A DNA stretch of 64,000 nucleotides from Alphaproteobacteria bacterium (GCA_963555825.3 CAUVXB020000001.1:1728001-1792000); one strand, 5' to 3'. Numbered from the stretch's first letter, positions 40,334-52,993 are shown. Notes: a model not told the origin generated them from the letters alone. Program-made: numbers and translations.

Positions 40334-41472
40334 TGGTCGTGTCCCAGGACGTGGTGTAGGAGTTGTTGGAGCCTCTGGTAGCTGTGGGTAGGCGGCTTGC
40401 CGTAGCGACCGCCGAGAGTCTGGCGTAGGCAAGCCGGCTATCCACAGCGGAGGCCATCGCGGTTCCGGTTTAGGGTTGGGCTAGTGCGAACCAACCTGAC
40501 CCGAAGGAGAACCACGATGACCCAGGACATGATGACCCTACGCGCGCTTTTGGAGAAGAGCTCCGATGCCGATCTGCTTCGCGAGATGATCGGCTTCACG
40601 GCCGAGCGGCTGATGGCACTGGAGGTCGAGGGCCTGACCGGCGCCGCTCACGGCGAGAGCTCGGCGGATCGTATCACCCACCGCAACGGCTACCGCGACC
40701 GGTCCTGGGAGACCCGGGCCGGCACGGTCGAGCTGAAGATCCCGAAGCTGAGGAAGGGGAGCTACTTCCCGGGCTTCCTGGAGCCGCGGCGGATGGCCGA
40801 GAAGGCGCTGGCTGCGGTGATCCAGGAGGCCTACATCCAGGGCGTGTCGACCCGCTCGGTCGACGATCTGGTTCAGGCGATGGGGATGTCGGGCGTCTCC
40901 AAGAGCCAGGTCTCCAGGCTGTGCGGCGAGATCGACGATAAGGTCAACGGCTTCCTCGATCGATCGCTGGAGGGCGACTGGCCCTATCTGTGGCTGGATG
41001 CGACTTATGTGAAGGTGCGCCAGACCGGACGCATCGTCTCGGTCGCGGTGACCGTGGCTGTGGCCGTCAACGACCAAGGCCGCCGCGAGGTCCTGGGCAT
41101 GGCGATCGGCGCGTCGGAGGCCGAGACCTGCTGGACTGAGTTCCTGCGCTCGCTGGCCCGGCGCGGGCTGCGCGGCGTGAAGCTGGTGATCTCCGACGAC
41201 CACAAGGGCCTGAAGGCCGCCGCGACCCGGATCCTCGGCGCCACCTGGCAAAGATGCCGCGTGCACTTCGCCCGCAACCTGCTGGCCCATGCCGGCCGCC
41301 AGGGTCGGCGCGTCGTCTCCGCCTTCGTCGCCACCGCCTTCGCCCAGGAGGACGCCGACAGCGCGAAGGTCCAGTGGCGTCAGGTCGCCGACCAGCTCAG
41401 GCCCAAGGTCCCCAAGCTCGCCGCCCTGATGGACGAAGCCGAGCACGACGTCCTCGCCTACATGAGCTTCCC
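40334..41472 (+). mobile_element. Second IS256-family type, 3'-truncated (transposase from 40517)
   Basis: [39 protein letters not shown]; left end TCGTGTCCCAGGACGTGGTGTAG. Confidence 0.88.
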
Positions 41473-41619
41473 CAACCTCCGCCCCGCCTGCGATGCGCAT
41501 GTTCATGCTTCATTTGCTAGGACGGTCGCACACGGATGCAGAACGCCATCTAACCCATTAAAATTACATACTGCCTTGTACCGCAAGGCATCACCGCCCG
41601 ATGCCCCGTCATCGTACCG

Positions 41620-41720
41620 CAATCGGCCTGTTTCAATCTCAGGTCCCTAGTTGGCATCTCCTGTCCGGCGCCTGTTTCGCCGACCATGGCCATTCCGTGA
41701 CGTGCGTCGACACGAATCAC
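41620..41720 (+). pseudogene. UDP-glucose dehydrogenase N-terminal remnant
   Basis: SGACFADHGHSVTCVD. Confidence 0.45.
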
Positions 41721-41789
41721 GTGAGGATAGGCACAGGTCGCGACCAGCACCTCGATCCCGCGTCGTTGCAGCACCGCGACCTCTGCACC

Positions 41790-43443
41790 GGGTGTGGGTC
41801 TGGTATGGAAAATCTAAGTCATTGATTTAGTGCGTTTTTTGTGTCGAGACGAACGGCCGAAATCGGCTATTCGTGACAATGGGCCGCTCCAAGGCAGGAT
41901 TTTGTTACGACGGCAGGGTCGAGCAGGGGAAGGTGGGAACGCTCCGCACCGCCAGAAGCGGTACGATGCCGTGTCTCGAAACCCAACATCGGGAGCATTC
42001 CCATGGCAGTATCCCCGCCTCCGGCGCCTTCGTCCATCGATCTTTCCGGCCTGCCTCCTCGGGTCGTCGAGGCGGCCGCCCGGGTGCTCGCACTGTGTCG
42101 CGAGGAGCTTCGTTCCGAGCCGCGCCCCGAGGCGCCCGAGGAGGTCGAGTTGCGGGTGCGTGAGGCCACGAACGAGTTCGCTCGCGATGTCATGGGCGCC
42201 GTCATCGAGAACCGGGACGATGGCGCTTCCCGGATCGAGCGGGACGGGCAGAGCTGGTTCCGGGTCGCGGTGACGCCGAAGACGATCATGACCTCGCTCG
42301 GTCCGGTGACCTACCGGCGAGCGCGTTACCGCAGCGGCGCGAGCGGGGCATCGCCGGTGCCGGTCGACGAGAGCCTGGGCCTCGTCGACGATTACCTGAC
42401 GCGGCCGGCGGCCGAGCTCGGTCTGCTGATGATGGGTCACTGCACGGCCCGGGAAGCGGCGGCGTTCTTTGCGAAGACCGGCGCCATGACGCCGTCGGTG
42501 AGCACCCTGCAGCGCCTGACCCTGAGCATGCACGAATGCTGGGAGAGCCTCGGCCCGGAGACGCTGGGCAGCATCCGTGAGGCCGAGGGCATACCGCAGG
42601 ACGCGACCACCGCCTCGGTCTCCCTCGACGGCGTCATGGTGCCGCTGAGACCCGGCGAGGACGGTCGCGCCAAGGCCTCCTGGCGCGAGGCTGCCTGCGG
42701 CACGGTCTCCTTCCACGACGCCGAGGGCAAGCGCCTGAAGACCCTCTATCTCGGCCGCATGCCGGAGAGCGGCAAGCTCACGCTGAAGGCGCAGCTTGCA
42801 AGCGAAGTCGCACACATCAGGCGAGCACGCCCCGAGATCGGGATCGTCGCTATCGCCGATGGCGCCGCCGACAACTGGACCTTCCTGGAGACCCTGTCGC
42901 CCGAAACCGAGGTGATCGACTTCTGGCATGCTTGCGAACATCTGCAAACCGCGTCCGACCATGCCGTGGCGCCCGGCTGGTTCGAGAAGTACCGCGAGAT
43001 CCTCCGTCACGATCCCCGTGGCGTCGCCAAGGTGATCCGGGCGCTGCGCCACCTTCGCGATGCCGCCGCTGCGCCGGACCGGGCCGAGACCGAGCGGGAA
43101 CTCGCCTTCTTCCGCAAGCATCGCCATCGCATGCGCTACCACGCCCTGAAGGAAGAGGGCATCGCCATCGGCTCAGGCGTGGTCGAAGCTGCCAACAAGA
43201 CCCTGGTGACACAGCGCATGAAGCGCTCCGGCATGCGCTGGCGGATCGTCGGCGGACAGGCTGTTCTGACCTTCCGCGCCCTGATCAAATCCGGCCGCTT
43301 CGAGCGGGCATGGAAGGCCCTGATCAGCGCAACCGACACACCGGCCAACGACAACATCAGTCCACGTGCAGCAGCCATGGCAATCGCTGCCTGAACTCAA
43401 CGAACCAAGCCGCAGACATCACTGCCATGCGAGACTCGCACCC
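41790..43443 (+). mobile_element. ISKra4-family element, copy 1 (transposase 42003-43394)
   Basis: GGGTG ends, 8-bp TSD TCTGCACC; SLDGVMV, ADGA, DFWHA, IGSGVVEAA. Confidence 0.9.
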
Positions 43444-43451
43444 TCTGCACC

Positions 43452-43711
43452 CTTCGCATACCCCTAGTCGGCCAGCACCGTCTCGAGCATCCGCAGCGCA
43501 GGCAGAATCGCGTCGACGCTCGCCACCCACTCGTTGCGGCCGCTGGCGTTGCAGGCAATCCTGGCCCCGTGGACCCATTGGGCCCCTCGCTATCCACCGC
43601 CGCTTTCGCGTTGAAGCACTGCCCGACCTCGTGTGAGTCGTTCCTCTTCATCAACCCGCTGTCGGGGTCGGTGAGATTGCTCTGCTCCTTGTCTCGCGGC
43701 GCACTCCGCAA
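43452..43711 (-). pseudogene. IS1182 transposase remnant
   Basis: QSNLTDPDSGLMK...FNAKAAVD. Confidence 0.6.
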
Positions 43712-43948
43712 TTCGTAAGATCAGGAAGGGGCTCGCCGCGACGTTTCAATTTCCGGCACTCGACCAGACGCACTTGGCGCGTCAGCGATCAGAGTATACG
43801 GTTTGGCACTAATACCCGCGAAGCCACGACGGGCTATGGGCCCCATCAGGGCGCACCGAACCTTTACTTCCGGTGCCGCTATGCCGCATACCGTTACGGC
43901 ATCCGAAAGCCGTGTTTTCCGACAACCCGCTTCGGTTGTCACCCGGCA

Positions 43949-44755
43949 TTACGGGGTACATCCCAGATCCGGCAGCAAGTTACCAAGTCCAGTCTCAAGT
44001 TTATTTTGTTCAGCACGTGTTAAGGCATGAAAGAAGTTCAGACCCGTCTTGCGCTCGATTATCCGAGCGTTCGAAATGAACCTCTCTTCACAAAACGACG
44101 CCCCCCGCTCGGTTTCCTGGTCGAAATGAAAAGTCGCGATCTTTACCCTGCCATTCTCTTCCGTTGCGACCATTTTCCAATAACCGCTCGGGACCTGATG
44201 AGTTTCGTCGGCACCTGGCATGGCCGGCATTTCTCGTTCGTACAGAGGACCCGTCGTGACGTAAACTGCAGAGGTTTCGGGCCTTTTTGCCAAGGCACGC
44301 ACCGCATTTTCTAATTTAACCCATGCCCCTTGGTTTAACGCGCTTTTCTGTGGGGTAATATTGGAAAGATAATTGGTCGCCTCCCAATTGGACGTGCCCG
44401 TGAAACTCGCCAGGGGTGCTTGATGGCCGCGGTCTGTCTTCAATTCCGCAAATGCTCCCTTGTAATCCCCTGGTTCCAGCGTTTCATCGTCTGCCAACCT
44501 CGGGTCTGCTTTCCAACGTCGCTTCGCCGTCTTACCAATTGTCATTTTTGTGATTCGGTATGCAACCCAGTCGGCAAACTTGGTCGTATCGTTAGAACTC
44601 AGGATATAGATATCGCGAATAACAATATCATTGGTCGCAGGGGATCCGGCCGGGCAACCATGAAGACACAGGGTAGAGTGTATCTCCTGCGCAACGACAG
44701 GAATGGCACTAGCCACTACGAACAACACGGCACTCATAACAAGCCGAAAAAGCAT
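43949..44755 (-). CDS. Secreted DNA/RNA non-specific endonuclease (NucA-like)
   Basis: Signal peptide, DRGHQAP, YLSNITPQ..LNQGAW..LE, VPSGYWK. Confidence 0.9.
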   Translation of the reverse strand: MLFRLVMSAVLFVVASAIPVVAQEIHSTLCLHGCPAGSPATNDIVIRDIYILSSNDTTKFADWVAYRITKMTIGKTAKRRWKADPRLADDETLEPGDYKGAFAELKTDRGHQAPLASFTGTSNWEATNYLSNITPQKSALNQGAWVKLENAVRALAKRPETSAVYVTTGPLYEREMPAMPGADETHQVPSGYWKMVATEENGRVKIATFHFDQETERGASFCEERFISNARIIERKTGLNFFHALTRAEQNKLETGLGNLLPDLGCTP

Positions 44756-44953
44756 AAGGCGCCTCCAAACAAGTTAGATCGATACTCTGGGAGCAAGCGT
44801 CACTTTACCCAAAGTCAGCGCCGCGGGGCGCCCGTCTCGAAGGACATCGGCAATACCGTTGCCCTGACCGCAGCCGCGGCCGACCGTGGACCGTATCGGT
44901 GCTGTCGTCCACCCGACGATCATCGGCTATTGAGTGTCTTGGATGCAATCAAT

Positions 44954-45508
44954 TCAATCTTCGTTCGCGCGTTTCCGACTCTTCTTCAAGAAATCGTCAA
45001 TTAACGCCATCAGCTCGTGAATTGTTGATGATCCTCCGGCAATCAGCCCAGCCGTCACAATTATATCGGTAAACTGAAACAACCCCATTTGGAATGCCGA
45101 CGCTCCGGCACTATCTGACTCAAATATGGGTCCCAGTAGTCGAACACCCGACAGAGACACCAGAATTCCCAACGTTAGGCCAGCGAGGAGTGCCCGTCTT
45201 TGGGTGCCTACCTTATATTCCTTTAAATTATTTTCTGGCTCTGCACGAGCATCCTCTTGCGTTGTGCTTATCACCCTTTCAAGATGGACTTTGCCTCCTT
45301 GACGCCACGCCTTTATCAGAACTTCTAGCGCTCGTTCGACGAATAGGGCGACTATGTACAATATTCCTAACTGTGTAAGTGCGATTAGAAACGGTTCATC
45401 ACCTGGTTTTGTTGGAAGCGCCTTTAAGGAGCCACCTTGCCACCAGATGACAATCACGAGTACCGCGATCGCCAGTGAAATCCATATTCGGCCAATGTTC
45501 TTTTCCAT
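44954..45508 (-). CDS. Hypothetical membrane protein (about 4 TM)
   Basis: Hydrophobic segments, GLIAGGS motif, low GC. Confidence 0.65.
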   Translation of the reverse strand: MEKNIGRIWISLAIAVLVIVIWWQGGSLKALPTKPGDEPFLIALTQLGILYIVALFVERALEVLIKAWRQGGKVHLERVISTTQEDARAEPENNLKEYKVGTQRRALLAGLTLGILVSLSGVRLLGPIFESDSAGASAFQMGLFQFTDIIVTAGLIAGGSSTIHELMALIDDFLKKSRKRANED

Positions 45509-45589
45509 ACTCTCTCTCCCGTACTACGTGCAGCGTTAGCCTGATAATCACAAGCCATTTCAGGTCCGCACCTCACCCGAACGCCCGTC

Positions 45590-47454
45590 TCACCTCATAG
45601 CTGCTAACACTTCTTTCCGGTTCACAAGCACAATCTGCTGATCTTGTGGTAGTTTGTGTTCCGGATCTCCATCGAGTCCCATGTGCTTCAGGAAATAGTA
45701 GAGGAAAGCACTCGATACGGTGATCGCGCGCACTCCCTCAGGCATGCCGTAGTCCAGTTCAATCGCCTTTGATTGGCTCTCTGAAAGCCTTGGATGAGGG
45801 GCGATTATCATGGTCACCGAATCAATCCAGGATTTGTCAGCACCTGAATCTATCGCGTGCGGTTTGGATTCGCCGATATCGTAAATTCGCGCGAAAACGA
45901 AATCCTTGAAGGTGTCGTCATTGTGACAGAGAGCCCGCACGTGCCATCGGAACCCATCGAAGCCTAGCGCGTGCGGTGTGATCCACCGCCAATGCGGTTC
46001 GGGTTTCGACATCGACTGATACTGAATTCGAAGCGCGTGGCGATCTCGAATTCCGCGCAAGATGGCCTTGAGACTCCGACTATCCACGGTCCTGCCAGGA
46101 GTCGGCACGATCTGAAAATCGGGTATCTCAGCCAACCATGCCTCTTCCTCCACAAGTGTGCCATTCGCGAGGGAGTTCAACTGCGCCAGATAACGGTCTA
46201 ATACCAGTGAGCCTATGAAATCACCTTCATGATCCATGGATAGGCGCAGAGGGTTCGCATACGATCCGGTTCTGCGATGAGGTCGATCCATGCTTGGCAA
46301 CAGGCGTCGATGATGGCCTCGGTGTCGTCGAGGACGCGGAGCGATAGGAAGCGTTCGCGTAGGTAGAGCCAAACCCGCTCGACGGGGTTGAGTTCGGGAC
46401 TGTAAGGCGGCAACAGCGCCAAGGTGACGTTGTCGGGGACGGTGAGGGCGCGCTCGTCGTGCCAACCGGCGCCGTCGCACATCATGACGGCGTGCGCATC
46501 CTGGTCCAGGGTATCGGCGAAGTGTGCGAGAAACAGGTCCATGACCTTGGCGTTGACGCTCGGCATCACCAGGGTGACGTCGTCGCCGGTGTCCGGGCGC
46601 ACGGCGGAGAAGATGTAGGCCCACTGGTAGCCGATTTGACGCGTCCCGGGGGCACGCTCGCCCCTGCGCCACCACCGGTGACACACCCGGCCCTTGTTGC
46701 CGACGCGCGCTTCATCCTGAAACCACAGCTGTAGGCGCTTGTCGGGATGCGCCGCGGCGGTCGCCTTCAGGATGTCGCGAAGCCCCCTTTTTTGAAGCGC
46801 TCCTGCGCTTCGGCGTCCCTTCGCGGGTGGCTCGGGCGCGCCTTCTGGCGGGAAAATCCCATCCGCCGTAGAACCCGGGTCATGCTCGAGGGGTGGTAGG
46901 TCTTGGCGAAGCGCTCCTCCAGCCAGCGGCACAGATCGGCCCGGGTCCAGGCGCAAACCCCGTCGCGCTCAGGCTCCGGCCCGGCGATGATGACCGCCGC
47001 CAGCGCCGCTTCCTCGTCTGCCGTCAGCCGCCGCGGCGAGTAGCCCTTTGGACGGTCGTGAAGCCCCTCCAATCCCTTTGCATTGTAACGAACAACCGCG
47101 TCGCGAAGCGTTTGGCGATCCATCCCCGCAAGCCGCGCGGCATCAGCCCGGGGCATCTCCTCCAAAGCATTCGCGATCCCATAGGCCCGCGCCGCCGCTC
47201 GACCGTACGATTCCACGCGAGCCCAGCGCCGAAGCTCCAAAGGCGTCAAATCATCCCGTATCTTGAGTGCTGATCCCATGACATCCCCCACATCTGGTGG
47301 GAGACCATAGAATCACAATCCGCCATCATCCGCCATCAATGAATATCCCGAGAGTCAATTCAGGCGCTCACTGGTATGAATCCTCGACCTCGAACACTGC
47401 CCGGTATGTTGCCGCCGCCAGATAGCATTTGAGACTCGGGTCGTAGGCGAGGTT
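45590..47454 (-). pseudogene. WYL-domain regulator (CapW/BrxR-like), split by IS630 and 5'-truncated by an IS110 fragment
   Basis: YQSMS..RWITPHALGFDGFRWHVRA..FKDFVFARI in 45590-46200; upstream piece NLAYDPSLKCY in 47378-47454. Confidence 0.82.
46201..47377 (-). mobile_element. IS630-family element, copy 1 (two ORFs, A6G5 slippery site)
   Basis: ATACCAGTGAGC TIRs; FQDEARVG, LPPYSPELNPVE. Confidence 0.93.
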
Positions 47455-47912
47455 GGCTATATCAGGCGCTTGCTCGTGCATGGTGCGCGAACCGTGCTGC
47501 GCTGGCGCCGCGCCAAGCCGGGCACGGGGCCTGGCTGGACCGACCGGCTCCTGGCGCGGCGGCCGACAAACGTGGTGCTGGTCGCCATGGCCAATAAGAC
47601 AGCTCGTGTCGCCTGGGCACTGCTCAGGTACGAGCGTATCTACCGACCGACGCCGGCATAGCCAGCTGGCAAACCGGGATCAAATTGCGAGGGTAACGAC
47701 GATTTGATGGCGAAACAGGGTTCCACCCGAGATCGGCCAAACCCGAGGCATTGTCCGAGCATCAAGCTCGTTAGTCTGACTGGGCGTCGATCTTTCGGAT
47801 TCCATCAGGGCCAGCGGTCAGCGTACCGCAGAGAAAAGGCCGGATACATGACTGCAAGCTCTACCGCCGATTCAAATCAGTTTTCCCCTTGCAACACCGG
47901 GGGCGTCCATAC
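47455..47912 (+). mobile_element. IS110/IS1111-family 3' fragment with its non-coding end
   Basis: YIRRLLVHGAR...VAMANKTARVAWALL, followed by ~250 bp non-coding sequence ending GGGGCGTCCATAC. Confidence 0.72.
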
Positions 47913-47987
47913 ATGAATGCCACTTGGCCAGACTTGATAAAGAACGACCCCAAGTTCTTACGCCACCCGAATTCAGGAGAGGTATGA

Positions 47988-48695
47988 ATGGCCAAAGAAC
48001 GGGAACCGCGCCTTCTCTCAATCGGGTCGGCCGTCCGGTTCACCCATAACGGTGTGACGATCCACGGGCATCTCCTCCAGCGGCAGGGACGGCGACGCTT
48101 CGCGAAGGTGATCGACAATGAAGAGCGAACCTGGAGAGTCCCAGAGTCGGCATTGAAGGACACGGGAGGCGGGAGGCGGACCACGATGGTCACTCCACAC
48201 GACGAGGCGAGAGCATATTACCGCCTAGGCGATCGAGTGGCGTTCCTCGGTCTCGACGGCCCGATGCGCGGCGAGATTGTCAAACTCAACCCGAAGAGAG
48301 CGAGAGTGCGCTGTGGGGAGGCATGCTGGAACGTCCCCTATGGCCTGCTCGGTGTCGCCGAGGGGCAAGCTGCGAGGAACGGCCCGGAGCGGTTGAACTG
48401 CATCGCGGGGATGGCCAGACGGTTGATGGATGAGCATGGGCTCACCGGCTGGACACTCGCTTTTGTCGAATCCCGGAGCCGCCTCGGCGACTGCGATTTC
48501 AGTGACCGCCAGATTCGGATCGGCCGCGGCCATGCCCTGGAGAGCAACGAGGAGGAGATCCGGGACACCGTTTTGCACGAAATTGCACACGCGATCGCGG
48601 GGCCCGACGCAGGCCATGGGCCGCTGTGGAAGGCGACGGCGCAGCGAATCGGAGCCACGCCGCGGGCGAAGATGTACGATGACCAATCGGGCTGA
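47988..48695 (+). CDS. SprT-like zinc metalloprotease-domain protein
   Basis: [21 protein letters not shown]; AGGAGAGG RBS. Confidence 0.8.
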   Translation: MAKEREPRLLSIGSAVRFTHNGVTIHGHLLQRQGRRRFAKVIDNEERTWRVPESALKDTGGGRRTTMVTPHDEARAYYRLGDRVAFLGLDGPMRGEIVKLNPKRARVRCGEACWNVPYGLLGVAEGQAARNGPERLNCIAGMARRLMDEHGLTGWTLAFVESRSRLGDCDFSDRQIRIGRGHALESNEEEIRDTVLHEIAHAIAGPDAGHGPLWKATAQRIGATPRAKMYDDQSG

Positions 48696-48826
48696 GCCTG
48701 GGATCATATCCATCCCGGCCACGATCATGTCCGTCGCGCACGCCCACCGGCGCAGCGCTGGCTTTACAGCGTCCGGGAGCGTGCGGATATCTTCACGCCT
48801 GCCGAAACGGGTCCTATGATTGTTCC

Positions 48827-50967
48827 GTGAAAACCTTGTGCCGCGACTGCGGCCGCCGGCCGCACCTTGACGCCGAGGCTTGCCCGGCCTGCGGCTCGGT
48901 GCGGGTTGCACGACACCAGGAACTCCATGATCTCGCTATCGCCCATCTCGACTGCGACGCCTTCTACGCTGCCATCGAGAAACGAGACCGGCCGGAGCTG
49001 CGTGATGTCCCGGTGATCGGCGGCGGTCGCCACCGTGGCGTGGTCGCCGCCTGCTGCTACATCGCCCGCACCTACGGTGTCCGCTCTGCCATGCCAATGT
49101 TCAAGGCCCTGAAGGCCTGTCCCGACGCCACCGTCATCAAACCCGACATGAAGAAGTACACAGCCGTGGGCCGCGAGGTCGGCGCGATGATGCTGGGCCT
49201 GACACCCCTGGTGGAGCCGCTCTCCATCGACGAGGCATTCATGGACCTCGCGAACACGGAGTCCCTCCATGGCGCCAGCCCGGCCGCGACCCTGGCTGCG
49301 CTGGCACGCCGGGTGGAAGATGAACTTGCAATTACCGTGTCCATCGGGTTCAGCTATAACAAGTTCTGTATCGCACCCGGTTCCTTGGACACAAGTTTGT
49401 CTCATGCGGCGGGCCTGAGTGACATCGCGGTGTGCCACGCCTGACGAGCTTGAGCGGGGCTCAGGTAGCCGTTCTTCTCCACGATCCACTGGGCATTGTA
49501 CTGTTCGACGAACCCGCGGACGGCGTTCCGCAGCTCCGCGATGTTGCGGTAGATGCGGCCATGGATGATCTGTTCCTTGAGCGTGCGATTGAACCTCTCG
49601 GCGACGCCGTTGGTCTGGGGCTGTTCGACGAAGGCGTAGGACGGCTGGATGCCCCAGAACTTGATCTGGTTGGTGAAGTGGTCCGACAGATACTGGGAGC
49701 CGTGATCCATCCGCAAGGCCAGCCCCCGCGCCGCACCGGCGGAGGTCGAGGCATACAGCCTCGCAAGCCCCATGGAGATCGGCTGAAGGGCGGCGAAGCG
49801 GTCGCCTCGCTTGCACACATGCCAGCCGACGCACTCGGCGTTCCAATGCTCGATGGCGGTGAATATCCAGCCCCAGCCGTCGTCCACCGTGAACACCCGA
49901 ACGCCGTCCGTGCCCCACATGAGGTTGGGGGCATGGGTGATGATCTCACCGACATGGGGATTTCCGCCACGGCGGCGGCAGCGATGGGGCGAGAGCAGGT
50001 TGTTCTCGCGCATCACCCGGAGCCCCCGCTTGCGGGAAACACGGATGCCACGACAGACCCGAAGCCGAGCCCAGACCTTGCGGTGTCCCTCGCCCTCCCA
50101 GGGGGATGCCTCCAGGTCGGCCTCGATGGCCACCAGCAGAGCCTCGTCCGAGATCGAGGGCTTCGGTCCCCGGCGCTTTGCTGGTGGGCGCTCAGCGGTG
50201 GCCTGCTGCCGGGATTTCATGGCGTAGAACGAGGAACGGGCAAAACCCCAGGCCGCACAGACCCGCTGGAGGCCGTAGGCCAAACCCGTGCCGGGAGAGG
50301 TGGCGGCACTCATCGCCGCGACCTCCGCCGCCCCAAAGGGCCGGACGTCTCCGTCTTGGCCTCCAGCAGTTCCACCTGCATGATCAACTCCCCGATCCGC
50401 TTCATGGCGATGTCCAGTTCCGCCTTCACCGGATCGCCCTTGCGTTCCTTGAGCGAGGCATCGATCCCGGCGATCGCCTTCTCACGCCACTGCTCGAGCC
50501 GGAAAATCTCCACGCCCAACTGCCGCGACAAAAGTTCCACCGGCTCGCCACGCAAAAGCCGCAGGGCAACCTCACGCTTGCGCGTCACCGTCCACCGCTG
50601 GCCAAGTCCCAGCGGGCCTGCCGGCGAAACCTGGCCCGGGGAAAACGTGGACGAGCCAAGCTCGCCCTCGTTTACCACAGGCCCATCAACAGCAACTTTG
50701 TTCTCAAAATTGTCGGTCATGTTCCGGTCCTCCTTGGACACTTCGATTAAGCCAATTCTGTGTCCAAGGAAATCGGGTCCGACTCAGCTATAACAAGTTC
50801 TTGGCCAAGATCGCCTCGGACTTGGACAAGCCGCGCGGCTTCGCCGTGATCGGCCGGGCCGAGGCCAAGTCCTTTCTTTCAGACAAGCCGGTCGGGATGT
50901 TGTGGGGAGTGGGTCCAGCTATGCGGCAGCGCCTCGCTGGGGACGGCATCACGCTGATCGGCGAACT
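48827..50967 (+). pseudogene. dinB: DNA polymerase IV, interrupted by an IS and 3'-truncated
   Basis: CRDC zinc ribbon, [20 protein letters not shown]|[13 protein letters not shown]. Confidence 0.9.
49368..50783 (-). mobile_element. IS3-like two-ORF element (orfA 50310-50741, rve orfB 49402-50313) with an 18-bp TSD
   Basis: TIR core TTCCTTGGACACA; TCAGCTATAACAAGTTCT at 49350 and 50784; WGTD, DHGSQY, NGVAERF. Confidence 0.85.
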
Positions 50968-52993
50968 CGACCACCCCCTCCACATTGCCTTTGTCGTTGC
51001 CCTTGCCGGGACGACCATAGCGATCCTCGAAGAGGTAATGGGATTGAAGCCCGCTGAAGGACCGCGTCCGTTGCCGCGTGCCGTCCGGCAGGATCCGTGA
51101 CACCAAGCACTTGTCGTTGTCGTACAGGATCGATTGTGGCACCCCGCCGAAAAAGGCGAATGCTCTGTTGTGGCCGTCCAGCCAAGCTTCCACTGTTGCC
51201 GACGGGTAAGCCGCAATAAAGCAGGCGTCGCTCTGGGGAAGGGTCATAACGAAAAAATGTGCCCGGCACTTGACGCCGGCGATGATCGCATCCGCCTCGC
51301 CAAAGTCCGCCCGGGCATGACCCGGAGGGTGCGCCAGCGGTATGAACATCTCCCGTAGACGACGGCGCCGTTCGCGAACGTAATCCTTGACGATAGTTCG
51401 CCCGCCTGTGAAGCCATGTTCGTCGCGAAGACGATCGAAGATCCGCTTCGCCGTGTGGCGCTGCTTGCGGTGGACCGTTCGGTCCTCTTCCAGAATACGG
51501 TCGATGATATCCGTGAAGGGGTCTAGTGTCCTGATCGATAGATTGATATGATTATGTCTCTATTTGTTTTTAGGAGGCGCGATTGATGGCGAGAGTGGCG
51601 GTGACGATCTCTTTGAGCGATGACGAGCGCGCCGAATTGGAGGCGCTGTCTCGTCGTCGCAAGACGTCGCAGGGGCTTGCGCGGCGGGCTCGGATCGTCT
51701 TGGCGGCGGCGGAAGGGTTGGAGAACAAGGAGATCGCCGTTCGTCTCGAGGCGAGCGCGGACACCGTGGGCAAGTGGCGTCGCCGCTATGCGGCGGAGGG
51801 CCTCGACGGTCTGTACGACGAACCCCGCCCCGGCGCGCCGCGTCAAATCGGCGATGACGCCATCGCGGAAGCGGTCCGGCTGACGCTGGAAGAGACGCCG
51901 CCGGACGCGACCCATTGGAGCCTTCGCTCGATGGCGCGGGCGAGCGGCCACGCGCCCTCGACCATTCATCGCATCTGGCGGGCCTTCGGCTTGCAGCCGC
52001 ATCGCTCGGAGACCTTCAAGCTGTCGAGCGATCCCTTCTTCGTGGAGAAGGTCCGCGACATCGTCGGTCTGTATTTGGCGCCGCCGGATCGTGCCCTGGT
52101 TCTCTGTGTCGACGAAAAGAGCCAGATCCAGGCCCTGGACCGTTCCCAGCCCCTCTTGCCGATGCGCCCCGGGCAGGCGGAGCGGCGCAGCCACGACTAC
52201 AAGCGCCACGGCACGACCTCTCTCTTCGCGGCCCTCGACATCGCCACGGGAGAGATCATCGGCAAATGTTTCCCGCGCCATCGGGCCCGAGAGTTCCGCA
52301 AATTCCTCGACCTCGTCGAGGCGAACGTCCCTGCTGATCTCGACATCCACATCGTCATGGACAACTACGGGACCCACAAGACCAAGGCGATCCGCGACTG
52401 GTTCGCCAAACGGCCGCGCTGGCAGGCCCATTTCACACCCACCAGCGCCTCCTGGCTGAACCAGGTCGAGCGCTGGTTCGGGCTGCTGACCGACAAGCAG
52501 ATCAGGCGCGGCGTCCATCGCTCCACCAAGGAGTTGGAGCGCACCATCCTCGACTACATCGACACGACAAACCAGAACCCCAAACCCTTCAAATGGACCA
52601 AATCCGCCGATGACATCCTCGGCGCCATCCAGCGCTTCTGCCTCCGAACAATCGAAATCGCTGAACAGCAGGCGAAAATCATGCGAACTTCGGAATCGGG
52701 ACACTAGCTTCGGGCGCTTCGGTGGTTGGCGGCGGCGGTAGCCAGGCGGTTCTGAATGCCGCAGCATCTTTCGCACCGTATCTCGCGCAATGCCAAACCG
52801 ACTTGCCGCCTCTCGCTGGCTCAGCCCTTCAACATGGCACGCCAGTCGAACACGCAGATAAAGCTCCACGGTGTACATCCTCCGGCCTTCCATCCCCTAA
52901 AAGATCGAAGGCTACAGGTGGCGGCCTTTTGCTCCGCCCCGCAGTCGGGATTAGCCCGCCGCTTCCGTGGTCTAGTTTGTCACCGGCGCACTC
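50968..52993 (-). mobile_element. Divergent IS21 istA 5' remnant, interrupted by IS630
   Basis: MYTVELYLRVRLACHVEG..., [16 protein letters not shown]. Confidence 0.85.
51523..52707 (+). mobile_element. IS630-family element, single ORF (51583-52707)
   Basis: CTAG-flanked GTGTCC/GGACAC ends; [26 protein letters not shown]. Confidence 0.93.

Noticed and set aside
43720-45590. Integron cassette array
   Set aside because: No convincing paired RYYYAAC/GTTRRRY attC sites in the gene orientation and no intI
46786-46796. Frameshift in the IS630 as pseudogenisation
   Set aside because: The A6G5 slippery site is the same in both copies and is consistent with known programmed frameshifting in IS630
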